From: Eledone cirrhosa
Taxonomy: Eukaryota
Assembly (NCBI GenBank): GCA_964016885.1
Contig: OZ024740.1
Span: forward strand, 342,054,001 to 342,118,000
Direction: 5' to 3'
DNA length: 64,000 nt
In this document: piece after piece, positions 12,658-24,060 of the stretch
Numbering within the stretch: position 1 is the first letter of the stretch
How the letters are laid out: every line of letters begins with the position of its first letter
Notes under the pieces: model-generated
Told to the model about the DNA's origin: nothing
Seen by the model: only the letters and a program-made list of their open reading frames with translations
The model's database searches: none
Made by a program: the position numbers and the translations under genes

Positions 12658-13224
12658 GTGCAGGGCGATCAAAATTGATGGTAGTTACGGAGTAGGTAGA
12701 CCCAGAAAAACCTGGGACGATCTGATAAATTCCTACCTTACACACTTGCACCTCTCTAAGACAATGTTACTGGACGGGGATCTTTGGCGCTACGCAGTAA
12801 TACAGAAGACCCGCCTTGCCTATGTACAAAGCGAAACCTACAGCCAATAGGCACCTCTTAACCAAATATACACCCCAATCCACTACCCCTACCCTATCCT
12901 CCCATTCCCACCAACACCACCCCTCTCTATAAAGTTGGTACCACAACATCCAGTCCAAATAAATGAGATAATGAGATCGAGATCGTGTAGGTGTCACGAG
13001 AAAAAAACACAGTCCACGCTGTAATGTGGTCGTGTAGGTAGCACGGTAAAAAGTTCCCAGTTCCACACTATAAATGTGGTTGGTGTTAGGAAGGGCATCC
13101 AGCCATAGAAAACCTGCCAGATAGTCCTATATGAGCGAGACACGGTCACCCGACCAACCTTGTGGGACAACTCCCGTCTAACCCATGCTACCATGGAAAG
13201 TGGACGTTAAACGAGGATGATGAT
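12657..13224 (+). mobile_element. 5'-truncated RTE LINE (end of ORF plus 3' UTR) between TA tracts
   Basis: Encodes [23 protein letters not shown]..., followed by the 3'-UTR module and a GATGAT tail. Confidence 0.85.
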
Positions 13225-13386
13225 ATATATATACACAGAGGTATCCACTGTAAGTTGTGGGGTCTATTCTGTATGAACAGATCAATAACTGAATATAGAT
13301 ACAATGTATTATCACCATCTAGAAACGATCGTAAAGCAGTGAAGTATATCTCTAATGACTTGATTTTTTATTTCATTGTTTTAACT

Positions 13387-13419
<33 letters not shown>

Positions 13420-13474
13420 GTATATTTTTTAATATAAGGGATTGTTTCTTTGTTTTTATTCATTATTTTTATTA

Positions 13475-13531
<57 letters not shown>

Positions 13532-13537
<6 letters not shown>

Positions 13538-14030
13538 GCCACCGGAAATAACATCTGTGAAATATACAGCGCCATCTACCTGTTAGCTAGCTACTTCACC
13601 GTGAAACAAAAGAACCCTTAAAGCCTACCAGAATAAACGCCTACACATCGGCTAAACATCAAACTATTGTTTCTGTATAAATAGAGTGGTTCCAAACACT
13701 TCGCCAGTCAACATTTGGCAGAGTCAACTCGCGCATCATTGTTCCTCGCCTCTGCCAGGGTTTGTCACTCACACACGCCTTGTACCTCGTATCGTTGCTT
13801 CATGTGAAAATAAATAGCTGATCGAATTTACATCTCGCCTTGCTTCGTCCTTTCAACTTGTGCTTTCGTCTGTCCATCCTCAACAGTTCTTTTAAAGGCT
13901 ATATGCGACAACAGTCCTTTTAAGGGCTATCTTCAGATCTGATCAGACCGTATGCGATAAGAGTCCTTCTAAGGGCTATTCTCGGATCTGATCAGAAGTA
14001 GTGACTAGACTGACTAACCACGTCGCTACA
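13532..14030 (+). mobile_element. 5' LTR of a Gypsy element
   Basis: TG...CA termini; starts directly after (TA)n; followed by a PBS. Confidence 0.8.
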
Positions 14031-14032
14031 AT

Positions 14033-14051
14033 TGGTGACCCGAACGTGAGT
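14033..14051 (+). promoter_or_regulatory. Primer binding site, tRNA-Trp-like
   Basis: TGGTGACCCGAACGTGAGT resembles the complement of the tRNA-Trp 3' end (TGGTGACCCCGACGTGATT) with 3 mismatches. Confidence 0.7.
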
Positions 14052-14089
14052 CGAACGCGCAACCAGACAGCACCTAAGAAAATATCAAC

Positions 14090-16276
14090 ATGGACATGTC
14101 ACAAACGACAGAGGCAGAGATTTCAGAGCTGCGGGCTATGATCAGAGAGCGGGCTGGTCAAATTGAAGCCCTCTCGAATCAAGTAGAGAACTTGACCTTT
14201 CAAACACACCGGCGACGCAGCAACAGTCGATCCAGGCCTTTTCACAGTCAAAGATCCAGTAGTCCCAGTCAAAATCGTGCGCCTGGCAACCTCTGCTGGT
14301 ATCACACAAATTTCGGCGCACAGGCATCTAAGTGCAAATCCCCGTGCTCTTTCCGGAATGCCACCCAGGGCCTGGCGACGACGTTCACCCCTGGTACTGA
14401 AAAGAAAAGTCGTTTATTTTTTATTAACGACCAGGCGACAGGCATCCGTTACCTCGTGGATACAGGAGCCCAGGTTAGTGTTATTCCGGTTTCACTAATC
14501 TCGGGCAAAAGACACCCAACCCCGTCCTTTCTGCAGGCAGTGAACCAATCGTCAATTCCGACTTTCGGGGAGAAGTCTCTGACCCTTAATTTAGGCCTGA
14601 GGCGGCGTTTTCAATTGGTGTTCGTCGTGGCAGACCTGCCGACCCCTATCCTAGGAGCCGATTTTTTCCACCACTTCAACCTTCTGGTGGATATGAAGAA
14701 CCGGAGGCTTATTGACACCACCACAAACCTCACTGTGAGAGGTATATTTACCATGCAATCCACAGTGAGCCCTGTAATTTGCCAGTCAGAGCCTTCGCGG
14801 TACAGCGGCATTCTCCAGAAATACCCAGACACCACTCGCCCGATATTTAAGGATGGTCCTATTAAGCATAGTGTCACGCACCACATCGAGACAAAGGGAC
14901 CACCCACAGCTGCCCGACCAAGGAGACTGCCTCCAGACCGATTGAGAATCACCAAGCAGGAGTTCCAACACATGGTGAACCTCAGAATCATTCGCCCTTC
15001 CTCCAGCAACTGGTCTGCACCCCTACACCTTGTTCCCCCCCCCCCCCCCAAAAAAAAAAACGAGAATGATTGGCGACCATGTGGGGATTATCGTGCACTT
15101 AACAATTCTACAGTGCCCGATAATTACCCTGTACTTCACCTGCAAGATTTTTCTGCCTCTCTGCAAGGCGCACGCATCTTTTCCAAGGTAGATTTGGTGC
15201 GTGCATATAACCAGATACCTATGGAGCCTGCAGACATTCCGAAAACCGCAATCACAACACCGTTCGGTTTATTCGAATTCCTGCGAATGCCGTTCGGTCT
15301 GCGCAACGCTGCACAAACTTTTCAGCGGTTTATTGACACCGTGTTACGCGATCTACCCTTCGTATACGCGTATATTGACGACGTACTGGTAGCAAGTACT
15401 TCCGAGCATGAACACGAGAAGCACTTAGATCTCCTTTTCCAACGTTTGGCTGAGTACGGTATCATCATCAACCCCAGCAAGTGCCTTCTCGGCGTTCCTT
15501 CACTGTCCTTTCTCCTTTCTCGGGCACATCATCGATAAAGACGACATTCGTCCACTTCCCGAGAAAGTAGAAGCTATCCGCAGTTTTCCCGCACCTACAT
15601 CACTTTGGAAACTGCGTGAATTCCTCGGTCTGGTGAATTTTTATAGGCGGTTTATCCCTCATTGTTCCGACGCAGCCAGACTCCTCACGGATCTTCTTCG
15701 TAACCGGACTCGCAAAAACGAAGAGATCACTCTAAACGAGGAAGAATTAACATCTTTTAACCGCCTGAAGGAAATGTTGGCAAACGCTTCCATGCTCGTT
15801 TTCCCCAGGTCTGGCGCTCCTCTTTCGCTGCTAGTGGACGCATCAGACACGGGGATTGGAGGCGTTCTACAACAACATGTCGACGGCGTGTGGCAACCCT
15901 TATCCTTCTTTTCTAAGCGGTTGCAACCGGCAGAAACGAAATACAGTACCTTTGGCCGCGAACTCTTGGCAACCTATCTTTCGGTTAAGCATTTTCGGCA
16001 GATGCTCGAAGGATCAGATTTCGTGATCTACACGGACCATAAATCATTAATTTATGCGTTCCGTACCAAACCTGATCGACATTCACCGAGAGAACTCCGA
16101 CACCTGGATTTTGTCTCCCAATACTCAACTGATATTCGGCATATCAAGGGATCAGACAACGTAGCAGCCGACGCCCTGTCCCGAATCAGATCGCAGCTGA
16201 CCAAGAGACTGACGAAGAGTTTATCAAGCTCCGAGATTCGCCATTCCTCAAGTTTCAGCAAGTTCCCATTCCTTCT

Positions 16277-16281
<5 letters not shown>
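14090..16281 (+). pseudogene. Ty3/Gypsy (CsRn1-like) gag-pol remnant: gag C-terminus, protease, RT, RNase H; no integrase or 3' LTR
   Basis: CHCC gag motif CWYH-x9-C-x3-C; LVDTGA protease; [11 protein letters not shown] and YIDD RT; VDAS..GGVL, RELLA, TDHK, ADALSR RNase H; frameshift near 15510-15540; ends in (TA)n. Confidence 0.93.
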
Positions 16282-16355
<74 letters not shown>

Positions 16356-16365
16356 AACCAGTAAG

Positions 16366-16459
16366 ACCCCGACGGCTGAGCTCAAGCCGTTTCGACGGCT
16401 AATTTTGGACTAAATGAAAATTTATCCTGGTATTTAAATAGCCGAGCTTCTCAAGGGGT
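16366..16459 (-). ncRNA. Type I hammerhead ribozyme, U3-A8 core variant
   Basis: Minus strand: ACCCC-UUGAGAA-G(CU)CGGCUA..UAGCCG(U)C-GAA-ACGGCU[UGAGCUC]AGCCGU-C^GGGGU; GUC cleavage triplet; stems I-III can form. Confidence 0.7.
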
Positions 16460-17596
16460 AATTCCATATATGGTCAAAGTGATTGTCACAAGGATTGGTC
16501 ACAAGTTAGTAGTAATTCTGTGATGGCAAATTAGTGGGGTAAGGGGTAGCTAAACCTGCCAGTAGGAGAAAAAGGGGAGGGGTGGAGTAGACCCATTCAT
16601 GCGTTGGTGGTGCCGGCTACAGCTGGGCGTGAGGTCAAAGAAGATACTAGGGAGGGGGAGGGGGAGGAAGTCGAAACGGTAAGTAGAACAATGAAGGGTA
16701 AAAATATACTGAGAGTGAAGCGAATAAATGTAAAGAAAAGAAAAAAATAAGCAATTTCTACGACCTAAGTCTCTCGCTATTGCTAGGCTAAATAAATAAA
16801 TAAATAAATAAATAAATGAATAAATAGATAAAGAAATAAAAAAATAATAAATAAATAAACTAGGTGGGACGGAATAGGAAAGGACCCTTTTAAGAGGTAT
16901 AAGTACGTATATCATACAGTGACGGGTCAACAAAGGGGGGGGGGGCAAAATACTAAAGAAACTACCACGAAATAATTAATAAAGGTTTCTATCCCGGGCA
17001 CAAGGCCAGCAACCACCCAGTGCAGAAAAGTAAACTAGTACGAAATAATAATTCAGAGTCCCGAAAAAAATATACTAATGCTAACTCTAAGGATACCGCC
17101 ACGCTACAAAAGTTCTTATACAAGCTACATGAAAGTTTGTACGAAGTAAAAGTAGAATACGGAAAATTAATTCAGAATCCACCCCGCCCAAAAGAAAAGA
17201 GAAGAAAAGAAAGAAAAACTGAATAAACGAGAAACAAAGCAGAGATGCCACTAAGAAATATAGAAGGTACGGAAAAAAGGGGGAGCGGTCGGATAAGGGG
17301 GCAAGTATCCGAGGTCTAACACAACTGCTATAGAAAGCGGAGTCCGCCAAATCTAACATAGACTAGGGGAGGGGGTGGGGGTACTGAGGCTACAAGGGGC
17401 CGAGGGGCTACCTCGGGTGGGCGAGAAAAAGACGCCGACAAAGAAAAAGAACTGGGGTAGAAGGACTAGGGAGGGATGGGGGAAGAAGGAAATATAGAGG
17501 AAGCGATAAAAGAATATAAAAGAAGATCTTACGTCTCCCTTGGCAAGCAGGGGTTACCCATTACAAAATTGGCAAGTGGGGTGTTATAGCCCTAGT

Positions 17597-18569
17597 CTAC
17601 CCCCGCGGGTCATTATGGGGTTTGAGGGCGAGGTAATTCCTACGCAATCTGTGTTTACATGCAGTAACCAGTTCATCTTTCTTGTTTAGGAGTTGGTCCG
17701 TCGAAAACAGCATTTGTAAAGTTTCCTCCGAGCATAAATTGCACGGACGGCGTCCTCCCGTGTAAGAGTTGGCTCTGGACAGTAATCTCCAAGTGAGATC
17801 ATAGGTGATGTTGTTGTCCTTGAGGTGCCATATGTGGCCCGAAAGTGTAGTGGCGTGACGCCGGGCCGGGTTTTGGAAGGTATGTCTGTGTTGGTATAGC
17901 CGGGTCTTGAAGTCACATGCGGTTAATCCTATATAAGTTTTGTTGGAGGTGTCCGTCCACACGTTGCACTGGTAGATCACATTACGGTCTCTGCATCTGT
18001 TGTCGAGGAGGCAAATGGATCTATCAGGACAGTTGCACCTCCTGGTCGGCTCTCCACTGCTATTTAGGTTATTTCTTCCATCGGGGTTGAGTTTTTTGTT
18101 GTTGGAGGAGGCGATGTTTTGTGCGAAGTTTGGTGTAGTGCTGTAAGAGAGTTTGATGGTATTTTTGTTAATTATGTTGTGGTAGCGGTGTTGTAGTGGG
18201 AGGTGTTTTTCAATGAGCCTAAAGAATATTTTCCCGATGGGAGTTGTCACCTCTGCGTTGTGGGGAGGATTGAACCATGTTACATTGCGTGAGCGGCGAT
18301 GTCACCTGCTGGTTCCGCTAATGGGAGCTGGACAGTAGGATATTTCCTCCCGGAAACCACTCCGCTTGCGGGCCTGATTGTAATAAGGCGCATATTCATC
18401 GAATATCTGCTCATTAGCTGACAAACGGGATATGCGGAGGGAGATGTTTTTGACCAGGTTGTTGGTGATGTTCCTAGGATGGTTTGAATGGCGGTGGATG
18501 TAGTGCAGGTTGTCATTAGGTTTCCTGTATGGGTAGTACAGGTCGTTTTCGAGGTCGAGGGTAACGTCT
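17597..18569 (-). pseudogene. PLE polyprotein remnant: RT thumb, Cys-rich linker, GIY-YIG endonuclease
   Basis: DVTLDL..YRKPND..YIHRHSNHP, one TGA at 18302-18304, WFNPP, CNC..C..C, NVIYQC..TYIGLT..FKTRLYQH, CNLC, CKH. Confidence 0.9.
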
Positions 18570-19284
18570 GAATTAATTTTCCGTATTCTACTTTTACTTC
18601 GTACGAACTTTCATGTAGCTTGTATAAGAACTTTTGTAGCGTGGCGGTATCCTTAGAGTTAGCATTAGTATATTTTTTTCGGGACTCTGAATTATTATTT
18701 CGTACGAGTTTACTTTTCTGCACTGGGTGGTTGCTGGCCTTGTGCCCGGGATAGAAACCTTTATTAATTATTTCGTGGTAGTTTCTTTAGTATTTTGCCC
18801 CCCCCCCCTTTGTTGACCCGTCACTGTATGATATACGTACTTATACCTCTTAAAAGGGTCCTTTCCTATTCCGTCCCACCTAGTTTATTTATTTATTATT
18901 TTTTTTATTTCTTTATCTATTTATTCATTTATTTATTTATTTATTTATTTATTTAGCCTAGCAATAGCGAGAGACTTAGGTCGTAGAAATTGCTTATTTT
19001 TTTCTTTTCTTTACATTTATTCGCTTCACTCTCAGTATATTTTTACCCTTCATTGTTCTACTTACCGTTTCGACTTCCTCCCCCTCCCCCTCCCTAGTAT
19101 CTTCTTTGACCTCACGCCCAGCTGTAGCCGGCACCACCAACGCATGAATGGGTCTACTCCACCCCTCCCCATTTTCTCCTACTGGCAGGTTTAGCTACCC
19201 CTTACCCCACTAATTTGCCATCACAGAATTACTACTAACTTGTGACCAATCCTTGTGACAATCACTTTGACCATATATGGAATT

Positions 19285-19378
19285 ACCCCTTGAGAAGCTC
19301 GGCTATTTAATTACCAGGATAAATTTTCATTTAGTCCAGAATTAGCCGTCGAATCGGCTTGAGCTCAGCCGTCGGGGT
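19285..19378 (+). ncRNA. Second copy of the PLE hammerhead with GAAA changed to GAAT (likely impaired)
   Basis: Same motif in the right arm; T at 19354 replaces A15.1. Confidence 0.55.
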
Positions 19379-19469
19379 CTTACTGGTTCCTATTACCCAC
19401 TCTACTACCCTAAGTATTGAGTACTTTGGTGCGTTATGGTCCACCTGGTTCCTTACCACATTTTCTTCG

Positions 19470-19525
<56 letters not shown>

Positions 19526-19992
19526 AGCCAGAATCAGTAAGTGGTTATTATTTACATTTAAATAGCTTTAGAGGGTGTCATTGTACTTAATAAAGACTTA
19601 AGAATTAAGAAAATTAAAAAATTTAGAAAAAATGTAAAAAAAGAATTTTTTTTTAAATTTAAAAATAAAAATTTTTTTTTTATTTTTTAAAAATTAAAAA
19701 TTAACATAGAAAAAAAAATAATTTAAAAAATTTAAAAATTAGAATTATATACGTACATATAAGAAAGAAATTTTTTTAAAAAGTGGAAGTACAGCAAATG
19801 TTAGAGATATCAATATATTAAAAATAAAGTAGATGAGATTGTTATATCTGTTAGACACGAAGTGACTAACAACAGAATGTTTAGTCACTTTAGTGTTCTA
19901 ACATTTTTGGGTGTTTACATACAATTGAATTTTTTTTTTTGAACCTCAAACATGTTTATTTAACTCTACTGGGATGAAAGAATGGTATTTAA

Positions 19993-20427
19993 CTAATGTA
20001 ATGGTACGCGATGGGGCCCATCCACAGGCCCGGCGGACAGAATGGAGAAGGCGTTTCCCCGGAGGACGGCAAGGGAGACGCGCTGGAAAAGCCACTCCAA
20101 CTCGGGGGGCTCACACCTACGGCTGGCCAGCTCAGCGCCTATGGTGGTGAGTAAGGAGGTAGTCCAGGGGCCGAGGACACCAGAAGTTTCCACTGCCAGG
20201 GGAACGACCGCAAACCTGTCAGAGAGCGACCGGTATTTGAGGAGTTTGGCCCCCTCAGCCCGACGTACAGCAGAACCTGGGTCAGTCGCAGACTGCACCA
20301 GGTTGCGGCTGCAGAAAGTGTCGGTGCAAGTGGCATCCCAGACGAGGGGTTTGCCACCGCGGAACGGGAAGATGGTCATGCCATCTGGCCTTTTGCCGTC
20401 CCTTCGATCCAGCCCCACCGGCTCGAA
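19993..20427 (-). mobile_element. 3' fragment of an RLE-type (CRE-like) non-LTR retrotransposon
   Basis: EPVGLDRRDGKRPDG..LVWDATC..KY..PLAVETSG..FQRVSLAVLRGNA: restriction-like endonuclease domain typical of the CRE clade. Confidence 0.85.
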
Positions 20428-20763
20428 TGTGTAGATCGTCAATTTTTTTTTCGAGGTCTGACCGTGGCCATGGTGATTACATGCCATTGACTAATTTTCA
20501 ACCAATCAGAGTAAGTGTTGCTCAAAAGCATCCGCCATGTTTTTTTGTTTGTAATCCTAGTTAATTTATTTTTGTTATTTCGTCGTTCTATTTTTAAAAC
20601 AAATATATATTGACGTTAGGGTTAGGGTTATGCGGTCAATAGATAAGATGAAAGTCTATAGTAAAAGTTTGTACAAATATTTTTTAATTTATCGTTTGTA
20701 CAAAACGATTCTAAATTTTTGTTTGTAAAAAATGTTTAAACACTTCAAAATAGCGTATATTCA

Positions 20764-20817
20764 TGTTCTGTAATGTCCCATTTTTGTGCGCCCTTGTGCC
20801 AAATAAAGAAATATATC
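20764..20817 (+). mobile_element. 3' tip of the Tx1-like LINE family
   Basis: gtccc..ttttgtgcgcccttgtg.caaataaagaaat matches the reverse complement of 6590-6645. Confidence 0.7.
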
Positions 20818-21433
20818 TTTGTATTTTGTTCCTCTTTATATATTACAATCGAGTATAGGCAGAGTTCCGATTGTAATACAAACGGCACTTTGTTTGTAAA
20901 TATTTGTAAAAATAATTTTTCTAAAAACATTGTAAAAATTTGTGTCACACGCGTTTAAAAATCTTTGATATGTATTATTATATATATATAAAACTGAGGT
21001 TGTCTGCCTCTCTACTAAAACAGTCGCCACACATCTAAACTTATAGATTAAGCTCCAGCGGAGAGATCGGTCAAAAAGAATTTCAAATCGAATGTGTAAT
21101 ATTGATGTTTCAGTTAAAATGTATAAATACAGTTGAGAGACGAGTTATTTCCCTTTAATGAAACGTGAGCAGACGATAAATTATTGAAAAGGCGCAAATT
21201 TTTACTATTACACATTTGCATTATTGTCAGTATTAACTTTGCCTTTCATCCTTACGGGGTCGATAAAATAAAGTACCAGTAATACACTGTCACTATAAGT
21301 AGATGCCCATTCACAAACAGTATTGAAAATATGTTCTTTGACAAATAAAAATGTTTTGTTCATACTATTTCGACTAGCGCTTGTTGTTCTACTCCACGCA
21401 CGACCACCACAAATTGGTGACCAGCTCAACAAG

Positions 21434-21600
21434 TATTGGTAGAGCGTCAGACACCATGCTTTGCAGCATTGTTATGGCCCTTCGCGTTCTAAGTTCAAAT
21501 CCCGCCTAGGTTAACTTTGCCTTTCATCCTTACCAGTTCGATAAAATAAAGTACCAGTAATGGACTGCGGTAATGGCTTGGTGCCGAAAAATAGAAACAC
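21434..21600 (+). mobile_element. tRNA-derived SINE (a further partial copy at ~21235-21290; an inverted copy at ~27735-27890)
   Basis: A-box-like tggtagagcg, B-box GTTCAAATCC, and repeated core aactttgcctttcatcctt..gataaaataaagtaccag. Confidence 0.7.
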
Positions 21601-22141
21601 TATTAATGTGCAATAAGAGGAAAATCTCACGACATTGCTCAATTATTTTATCTAATGTTGCAACAATACAGGGAAATGTAATTTGTGTATTTTTTTAATA
21701 TTTGCTCATAGGCTTTTCCAATTTCGCTCAGCCAAAAAGAGAGTTGCTTAAGATAACAATTTAATCATAAATTGTTATCTTTTAATACACTCCAAAAAGT
21801 CATCAAATTATGTGCAATAAGAACAAATCTCATTAATTTGCTCAGGGAATAAAAAAAAAATGTATATAGACTGATAATTGCAATTGTATGTAAATATTTT
21901 AGTTTTATATTGTTTATTTATTTTATGTTTTCTATTATGTATAATATATTGATTTAATATTGATTGTTTTTTGTTGTTTATATTAAAAGTCTGAAAAAAT
22001 TTGTATACATCTTACACTAATATTTATAAGATCATTTATAATAACAATTATATAATCTAATTACATTACAACGATAATTTATTATTAATATATATCATGT
22101 TTAACTAGAGTTATTACAAGCGTTGCCTTAAAAAATATTAA

Positions 22142-22521
22142 ACTAGACATGAAAAATGCGCAAGCTCAAAAGAGCCACAGAATGTTATAATAAACCTTCA
22201 AAAGTGTGGGACTAGAGTTGTTACTCAAAAATATTGTAATCATTATCTATCGTACATTCTGTGGCATCCTTTATAAAAATATCACAATAAATACATCTAA
22301 TAAATACATAAATACATTTAATGTAATAACAGCTATAAATAATTACGTAATATTATTAAAGATAGGTGTATTTATTGTGATATTTTTTATAAAGGATGCC
22401 ACAGAGTGTACGATAGATAATGATTACAATATTTTTGAGTAACAACTCTCGTCCCACACTTCTGAAGGTTTATTATAACATTCTGTGGCTCTTTTGAACT
22501 TGCGCATTTTTCATGTCTAGT
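22142..22521. repeat. Fold-back element: ~158-bp inverted arms with a ~63-bp AT-rich spacer
   Basis: 22142-22299 is the reverse complement of 22363-22521 apart from a few substitutions. Confidence 0.9.
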
Positions 22522-22679
22522 ATATATATATATAATCAAAGATTAGTATGGTTCGTTGATTACTCAACGAATACAATATTACAATAGATTAGAAGCACTC
22601 AACAAAGATTTTCCTGGAGTTTTTAATATTATTCAAAATGTTAATAAATGAAAAATATTCTCATAATCAAAATATATAT

Positions 22680-22736
22680 TTTATTATACATATTTCAGAG
22701 GTACTATGGTGTTTAAGTACGTTTTCATCAGACAAA
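22680..22736 (-). ncRNA. Minimal type I hammerhead ribozyme (PLE type) in a diverged copy (22540-22800) of the 34-kb element
   Basis: Minus strand: UUUGU-CUGAUGA-AAACGUACU..AGUACCUCU-GAAA-UAUGUA-UA^AUAAA. Confidence 0.75.
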
Positions 22737-23572
22737 ATATATGATTTGATATGTGACATACCGCTACGGTTTTGATTATTCAATTCCAGTATTGGCAGTG
22801 ATTTATTTCATCAAATCTCAACGTTTTTATAAAATAATATGATAAACTTAAAGAAGAAAAGGACGTAGAGCAAGTTAGAAATATAAGAGAGGGGTGCAAA
22901 GAAGAGGAAAAGGCAATAAATAAATAAATAAATGGATGAATAAATAAAAGAAGAAAAGAAATATATAAAAGAAAAGAGGAATAAAGACAAAGGAGAGGGA
23001 ATATGTGGGGAGAGTAAAGAGGAAACGAAGGGGAATAAAGAACAACGAAGAAAAAGAAGAAAATATGAAATAGAGGGGAATAAAAAAACCGTTGTATTCA
23101 AATGCTAGATAAAATGAGAAATCAAAAATCTATTCACATATATCAATGAATATCGATTATGTTTTAGCTAATTATACTTTTATATTATATCTAGATTATT
23201 AGGTATAGATTACTTTCTATAGCAATCACATATTTAAGTTAATTACAAATTTATATAATTTAATTTAGCTCATAGATTATAATTTTTAATTTTAAGGTAA
23301 GATATTCTATTAATATTTTACTACAACTTTAAAAGAATTAATCTTTAAAGCGTATTTAAATAATTATTAAATATGTATTAAAATATAATACCATGCATAT
23401 ATCCCCATCAATACATATAATATATTTTGTTCATTTATTACCCGAATTAATTTATTTTAATTTAGAAATTCGCTTTACTATTCTTTAATTTTCATTTATT
23501 TCTTAGAATCGAACTGTGGTTATATTTACTCTCTATAATTTTATTTCATTTATTTAATTAACCCTAACCCCT

Positions 23573-24060
23573 CAAATGTCAGGAAAGTGAACACTGTATG
23601 AGTCATGGTCAAGGGCTTTGTTTCAGGGGGGTACCAGGGGACAAGTCCCCCCACCACCTTTTCAAATGTCTATATTTCATTTTTTGTTTATTTGATATAA
23701 ATTCTTTTTAAGCTTATTTCTTTATATCTGAACTTCATTTGAATATATAAAATTTAATTAGGGTAACATTTTACTTATGTGATAGGTCTGGGAAAGGCAC
23801 CATAAGCAATTTATGCTCCTTTAAGAATCAACAAATGTTGGTTTGTCCCCTCACATTTTTAAGGCAAACGAGGCCTCTGGTCATGATATACACTCAGACA
23901 CATGGAGGGGAATATCAGGTGTAGTGTTATCGAATTTCGGGAAGCATGGACATTTTGAAGGATGCAGCGTCCCGATAGCTAACAACTGATGTAGGTAGTT
24001 TGTTCCATGCTGAGTATGAAAAATGTTTCCGAAAGTCGATGCGGGACAAAAAAAGAAAAA
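23573..24060 (-). mobile_element. 3' end of a CR1/L2-type LINE, interrupted by a MITE
   Basis: FRKHFSYSAWNKLPTSVV..FK C-terminal motif followed by the 3' UTR shared with 4455-4612. Confidence 0.7.
23610..23879. mobile_element. hAT-like MITE
   Basis: Imperfect TIRs CAAGGGCTTTGTTT / AAACGAGGCCTCTG; 8-bp target duplication GTCATGGT / GTCATGAT; removing it restores the LINE UTR. Confidence 0.7.

Larger units (their letters stand above)
16351..19470 (-). mobile_element. 5'-truncated Penelope-like element with ~0.83-kb inverted arms, between two (TA)n tracts
   Basis: Arm 16351-17176 is the near-perfect reverse complement of arm 18567-19393; the arms enclose the RT C-terminus and a GIY-YIG ORF. 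Confidence 0.92.

Noticed and set aside
18302-18304. In-frame TGA in the PLE ORF as a possible selenocysteine codon (reported for some Naiad PLEs)
   Set aside because: It lies in an Arg-rich linker (SR*HRRSR), not at a Cys position; a CGA>TGA transition is simpler, and I identified no SECIS
17020-18723. Duplicated ORFs starting MQKSKLVRNNNSES (17020-17226 + and 18280-18723 -)
   Set aside because: By-products of the PLE inverted arms; no protein motif
20615-20629. Telomeric TTAGGG repeats
   Set aside because: Only about 2.5 units; too short to indicate an interstitial telomere or a healing event
21434-21520. tRNA gene
   Set aside because: A/B-box-like motifs run into a repeated SINE core and no cloverleaf can be drawn
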